Notes under the pieces: generated by a model | Told to the model about the DNA's origin: nothing | What the model saw: the letters and a program-made list of their open reading frames with translations, nothing else | Database searches by the model: none | From: an uncultured virus (IMG/VR IMGVR_UViG_3300022833_000008) | Taxonomy: Duplodnaviria > Heunggongvirae > Uroviricota > Caudoviricetes | IMG/VR virus record: IMGVR_UViG_3300022833_000008 | Length of the DNA: 20,000 nt | Direction: 5' to 3' (one strand) | Program-made: the position numbers and the translations under genes | In this document: positions 16,401 to 20,000 of the stretch, piece by piece | Layout: each line of letters opens with the position of its first letter | Numbering within the stretch: position 1 is the stretch's first letter

Positions 16401-17929
16401 TGACACTAAAAGGAAGACTTACTGCTTTTAAAGAGCAAGAAGACAATCTGTTAAAAATCGGAGATTATATGTTGAGTCCAACTCAACCTGATCGAAGAGT
16501 TAAAGAATTCCTTTCTAACCCACTAGTAGCAGCTACTGAAGAAAAAGAAGTAGGTAAACTCGCTCGACTAGCATTGGAATACACTCGTATACATAGGCAT
16601 ATGGGCGGTAAAATGTTAATTGACAAGTCTAAGTGGACACCTGATGATTTAAAGCTAATCTCTGAATACAAAACAAAGATGATGATTGAAAATGACGCTA
16701 GTTCTTCTGGCGCTCAAATTATTTCCTTGTCTACAGGAGATCGTGCTGCAGGTGAACTCTCTAACGTACTTCAGACTTCTAAGAAACAAAGACTTTATGA
16801 TGAAATTGCAAAACGTACAGTTGACGATCCTGAGTTTCTAGCTATCCCTGAGTTAGCTGATCTCGATCTTAACTGGACAGACCTTATGAAAGCCGCCAAG
16901 AATCAAAACATGGTTGCCTTTTATGGTGCTGGAGACGCAACTAAAGCTGCAAACGTAGCTAATAAGTTTGCCGATGTTCTAGCAAAGAAAGGTAAGATTG
17001 CAATTTCAACAAAAGAAGTTGATAAGTTTAAAGCCGCTATTGATGCTAAGATTAGCTTCGAAATGGACAGAAAAAACTGGACTCGTATTGATGAATTACG
17101 AGACATTAAGAAACAAGTAGTAGCTGCCTCGAAAGAAGGTAACTCTATAACCGACTCTCTTTATGAAACCGCAAGGTCAGAGTTTAGAGAAGGTATGAAG
17201 AACTCCGAAGACATGCACACATTTTTAATGAAGTTAACCGATGAAACAGGAGACCTTGTAGGTACTCGTTTATTCGCTAAGATTTCAGCAATTATGTCAC
17301 GTCAGTTGGAAAAGGAAGTTCCTGTCACTGGTAAGTTTATTAACTTCTGGAAAGATATTGCGAAAGACTTTGTAAAAGAGTCGGGATCGGTAGACATTCC
17401 TTGGGTTACGTTTGATGGTAAAACCATGTTACAACGTTACCGTGTAAAGGAACAAGTAAGAATAGACTTTAAAGATCCAATTACAGATCAAAAAGTCTTC
17501 AACATATACGAAGCACCGAGTAAGGATGACAAGTTTGCATCCCAACAGTCCATTCAAGAAGCTTCCATTGGGCTAGGTGTTAACGGTAATCACAGTAACG
17601 ATGCTGTAATTGTCCGACAATTTCACTTATGGGGCGCGAAGAATAACGTGGAAACTGGAACTATCCACGATGCTTTCTTCACAAACTTAGGTAAGGCGGT
17701 TCCCGCTAAATTTGCCTTGAGACAGATCTATGCAAATGCTCTAGAACAAGGTACTATTAAACAAACCCTCGCAGCAATGCGCAAGGCTGGTCTTTCAAAC
17801 AAGACTTATAAACTATACTTACAACGCGCAAAAGATGACGGACTTATTGACCCTGTTAATAAGATTACTCCTTCTGAAATTGTTGAAGCTATCCGTCCCG
17901 GAAATGACTGGTACGGCATCGGCCCCTGA
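13490..17929 (+). CDS. MuF/SPP1-gp7-like minor head protein fused to a T7-family single-subunit DNA-dependent RNA polymerase (putative virion RNAP)
   Basis: N-terminus has the MuF signature ARTLTRT, FTAILDGRTSAVC and PPLHWQCRS (about aa 227-235). C-terminus has DFRGRVY (about 917), motif A NDASSSGAQ (D about 1069), motif B K-x7-YG (K1137..Y1145), IPWVTFDG, NGNHSNDA (about 1368) and motif C IHDAF (D about 1394). Confidence 0.92.
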   Translation: MSINEKIFDRIVDHSGDVRLYENGVQAKNNTILKKHRFNLRDLLKGNLRSNVKPEVTRFAKELNDHNVKSMLDFSNSQTVFHTNNLNAEVKNFYRLQKPKTKDLLLEITGPQIKGVKSLSGNVKNIASGELVRIQTKVKGGLARGLTPDEIIDDVLKTTKITEHQARTLTRTSITATQTNALNSVMSANSDLISGFMFTAILDGRTSAVCSYHNGKVYDIGDNRFKPPLHWQCRSTMVPVIKSQEELLSLPLANVKPRNLAKVHPSELTGIMPAIRTYSAWLRTQGSNVQIKMLGGERQAKLFQDGKLEASEFVSPEGKALSIMGLMRRANQTIKRPTSTNDSNTTLRFSNPKELMESKANRAALLDHFKNDAAENAQALALTDFKGNSLSQKQGSRRSFKNSREGSVMSASGTDYTSNAGRHLQVQEPDILTERLARVQDSEGLELAQKKFIKDFVSDLGRDVSINQRSVITDVLRQTFTRSNVSGEPWGKPTSVMRKFTINAVQDLGTLMFNRSTDRGKLFGNLTAKLADDPEVFLFGKKYTISELVDSQIADNRYIETWRGKYGAKLAKKSYFNGKAPLAAYTQPIIKLYPNRSDLVKKLLDLFVSESKRKNIKELFKTKPPTDSWITSQISNVRGKAREFLDLEFLYNRDRKLALDNLKEKTIKATAKAMEAIATADGADYDLLAIKIGQMFDKELGSLNPLRSKSLKDFHKDGSRVINSLEKQGMIRTTTLRDIGTSSPIDLETGRPVSDKALRGISVSRQLTIVNGPMRQLQIAAEKARTARRFGIYHPRDKIYARAGSKEYFDARGRKTTMPVVSEKVYADYDVNQIDRDISTMLNHATSVKYEVDNEYFDFAERVIYFNDKRGEAKKWDDMNEWKKLFMSRGNDGRGVLATAKYHRKRNQAFSVDASIDFRGRVYHRGLLTPTKGEAVRPFLNTAKAYNIDADALEELQVQIGALVGSPLDTLTLKGRLTAFKEQEDNLLKIGDYMLSPTQPDRRVKEFLSNPLVAATEEKEVGKLARLALEYTRIHRHMGGKMLIDKSKWTPDDLKLISEYKTKMMIENDASSSGAQIISLSTGDRAAGELSNVLQTSKKQRLYDEIAKRTVDDPEFLAIPELADLDLNWTDLMKAAKNQNMVAFYGAGDATKAANVANKFADVLAKKGKIAISTKEVDKFKAAIDAKISFEMDRKNWTRIDELRDIKKQVVAASKEGNSITDSLYETARSEFREGMKNSEDMHTFLMKLTDETGDLVGTRLFAKISAIMSRQLEKEVPVTGKFINFWKDIAKDFVKESGSVDIPWVTFDGKTMLQRYRVKEQVRIDFKDPITDQKVFNIYEAPSKDDKFASQQSIQEASIGLGVNGNHSNDAVIVRQFHLWGAKNNVETGTIHDAFFTNLGKAVPAKFALRQIYANALEQGTIKQTLAAMRKAGLSNKTYKLYLQRAKDDGLIDPVNKITPSEIVEAIRPGNDWYGIGP

Positions 17930-17943
17930 ATATTTGTAATAGG

Positions 17944-17958
17944 CAAGGCCCGTACAAT
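17944..17958 (+). promoter_or_regulatory. 15-bp motif CAAGGCCCGTACAAT, copy 2, upstream of scaffold and MCP
   Basis: Identical to 1901-1915. Confidence 0.5.
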
Positions 17959-17972
17959 TACTAAAAACAAAA

Positions 17973-18020
17973 GAGTCTGTGACTCGAAACATAACAAATT
18001 ATTAATCCAAGCTGTGCTTG
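17973..18020 (+). promoter_or_regulatory. Twin 5-bp hairpins with TGT loops in the scaffold leader
   Basis: GAGTC-TGT-GACTC (17973-85) and CAAGC-TGT-GCTTG (18008-20), the second abutting the AAGGA RBS. Confidence 0.5.
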
Positions 18021-18033
18021 AGAAGGAAATACT

Positions 18034-18741
18034 ATGACACCTGAAGAAATTGCTGCTAACGACAAACTCGCTGCTGAAAAAGAAGTCGAACGACTCGCTG
18101 CAGAAGTTGAAGCGCAACGAATTAAAGATGAGGAAGACGAAAGCGACAAGACACCAAAAACACCTGAAGAAGAACTCGAAGCAATCGTTGAAGAACGTCT
18201 TGCTAAGATGAAAGCTAACATGGATAAAATGGCTACTGAACGCGATGGTCTTTTGAAAGATAAGGTGACTGCTGAGAAAGCAGCCAAAGAAGCGACTATT
18301 GCCCGTATGAAAGAAGAAGGTAAAGTACAAGAAGCACTCGAACTTGAGCTATCTGAAGCTCGTACCCGTCTTGCAGAATACGCTACTGAAACTACACAAC
18401 TCAAACGGGACGGTGTCCTCAACGATGCACTCTCAGGAATGGATTTCCGAAACGATAAGTCAAGAGATATGGCTCGACGTGAGATTGTAGACCAACTCGT
18501 TCAAAACGAAGATGGGTCTTGGTCACACACTGGCGGTACTAGTATTCGTGACTACACTGCCGCCTATGCAAAAGAAGAAGGCAACTCTTTCTTGTTCCGT
18601 ACTAAGTCCAATACTGGCGGCGGGACAAATAACAATGACGGTAAAATTAACACCGATGTAAGCAAGTCCATTATGGAAATGTCTACGCAAGAAATTCTAG
18701 CTCAAGCCGCAAAAGGCCAGCTAGGTAACTTTAGTGTCTAA
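18034..18741 (+). CDS. Capsid scaffolding protein
   Basis: 235 aa, E/K/A-rich coiled coil, FLF followed by a Gly/Asn linker, directly upstream of MCP. Confidence 0.85.
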   Translation: MTPEEIAANDKLAAEKEVERLAAEVEAQRIKDEEDESDKTPKTPEEELEAIVEERLAKMKANMDKMATERDGLLKDKVTAEKAAKEATIARMKEEGKVQEALELELSEARTRLAEYATETTQLKRDGVLNDALSGMDFRNDKSRDMARREIVDQLVQNEDGSWSHTGGTSIRDYTAAYAKEEGNSFLFRTKSNTGGGTNNNDGKINTDVSKSIMEMSTQEILAQAAKGQLGNFSV

Positions 18742-18775
18742 TCATTAGACTAAAAAACTCCAAGGAATAAAAACT

Positions 18776-19894
18776 ATGCCTATTACAAATACAGACTTCC
18801 AGAACATTGCACTTGCAATTTCTGCTTACGCCGATGAAGCTTATACCTCCGCTAAAAAGCTGAATGGTACAGGCATTGTCACTTCCGACCAAAAGATCGA
18901 CGTTTCCGGTGAATCGTTTATCGGTCAATTCCGCTGGTACAAGCCACTGAACGCAACAGTAAACGTTGCATCTTTGTCTTCGGCCACTGATGGTACCTAT
19001 ACAAGCGTTGCAACAGACGTTGCTAACTTCGTTAAGACTGTTCGTACCTTCGGTGCAGAGCAAGTCAACATGCAAGAAGTTGTTTCAAAGCAAGACGGTC
19101 TGGCCAAGATTGCCCGTGATTTTGCTGAAGTCCGCGCCCAAGATGAGCATGATGCTCTGTTGTCAGTTCTCAAGGGTGTCGCACTTAGCGAAGTTACTCT
19201 CGGTGACAAAGGTGGCTCCGGCAACGGCGGCATGATCGCTTTTGATACAGACGCAGACGTAGCTGCAACTGGCTTCTTTGTTGACGTAAACGCAGAAGGT
19301 CTTCACGGCGCTGCTGCAACTGGTGCTAACGACGCACGTAAACTCTTCGACGCATCCGGTATTGCCGCTGCTCGTGGTGAGCGTTTGTTCCGTTCGATCG
19401 GCGCAGCTTTCAAAGACTACGAACCAGATTTCATGTACTTGGCAACAAGCCCAGAAATCATGGCTGAAATGCGTGCGGCAAACTTGGTTGACCAAGACCG
19501 TATCAAAGATGGGAACCTTGAGTTCTCGACAATCTTTGGTGGTAAGTTCCGCCTCGTTATGACACGTGCAAATCAAATGGCATCGGGCTTCGCGTCCGGC
19601 GACCTGAACGCGCAATCAACACAGTGTTCTTTTGTTATTAAACCCGGTTCGGTTGCTGCAACAGCACTCGTAATGCCTACACCTGTTGAAGTTGACCGCA
19701 ATGCGGCTTCCTACACTGGTGGTGGTTCGACTAACGTTTGGTATCGTTGGGGCTATGTAAACCACCCAATGGGTTACGACTGGGCAGGTTCGACCTCCGC
19801 TTTCGCAACCAACGCAACAATGGGCGCAGCTGCTTCTTACGACCGTAAGATGGACGCACTGAACCTCGGCATCCTGCCAATCTTCCACACATAA
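18776..19894 (+). CDS. Major capsid protein
   Basis: 372 aa, AAGGA RBS, strongly biased codons. C-terminal VEVDRNA...GGG.....YRWGYVNHPMGYDW is typical of this HK97-fold coat family; follows the scaffold. Confidence 0.9.
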   Translation: MPITNTDFQNIALAISAYADEAYTSAKKLNGTGIVTSDQKIDVSGESFIGQFRWYKPLNATVNVASLSSATDGTYTSVATDVANFVKTVRTFGAEQVNMQEVVSKQDGLAKIARDFAEVRAQDEHDALLSVLKGVALSEVTLGDKGGSGNGGMIAFDTDADVAATGFFVDVNAEGLHGAAATGANDARKLFDASGIAAARGERLFRSIGAAFKDYEPDFMYLATSPEIMAEMRAANLVDQDRIKDGNLEFSTIFGGKFRLVMTRANQMASGFASGDLNAQSTQCSFVIKPGSVAATALVMPTPVEVDRNAASYTGGGSTNVWYRWGYVNHPMGYDWAGSTSAFATNATMGAAASYDRKMDALNLGILPIFHT

Positions 19895-19912
19895 TAGAAA
19901 GAGAGCGCACTA

Positions 19913-20000
19913 ATGACATTAGTTCTAAATGAAAACAGCTATGTCACTATTGCAGAAGCTGATAGTTACTTTGAGACTCGTATTGATAGTGCCGAATGGT
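19913..20000 (+). CDS. Head-tail adaptor/head completion protein (DnaT-like N-terminal motif), 3'-truncated
   Basis: MTLVLNENSYVTIAEADSYFETRIDSAEW contains the NSYVT..EAD.YF motif typical of the gene after MCP. Confidence 0.75.
   Translation, partial: MTLVLNENSYVTIAEADSYFETRIDSAEW

Noticed and set aside
13490..17929. Intein, or family A DNA polymerase, as an explanation of the large ORF
   Set aside because: No intein splice or LAGLIDADG motifs recognised. DFRGRVY, DxxxSGxQ, HSxDA and IHDAF are RNAP-type rather than Pol A-type (DYSQIELR, VHDE).
17806..19919. Several minus-strand and alternate-frame ORFs over scaffold and MCP
   Set aside because: They fully overlap well-supported genes and are explained by codon bias; no recognisable motifs.

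Overview
A 20-kb segment of an AT-rich tailed dsDNA bacteriophage (siphovirus-like) virion module, with all credible genes on the + strand. Gene order: tail-fibre/adhesin cluster, a decayed fibre-like ORF, phoH, tail-tip genes (NlpC/P60-like, Dit-like, hub, J-like central fibre, two small tip proteins), 3-TM holin and M15 endolysin. Next come a 290-bp hairpin-rich intergenic region with a perfect 24-bp direct repeat, the portal, a tRNA-like element plus three tRNAs (Thr-UGU, Arg-UCU, Asn-GUU), a 1479-aa protein, scaffold, major capsid protein and the start of a head-tail adaptor. The main discovery is the 1479-aa protein. It sits in the minor-head-protein slot and fuses an N-terminal MuF/SPP1-gp7 head domain to a T7-family single-subunit RNA polymerase with both catalytic Asp residues, which suggests an RNA polymerase packaged in the virion through a MuF domain. 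Repeated intergenic motifs followed by hairpins are candidate cognate promoters. All product calls come from motif recognition and synteny; no database search was run.
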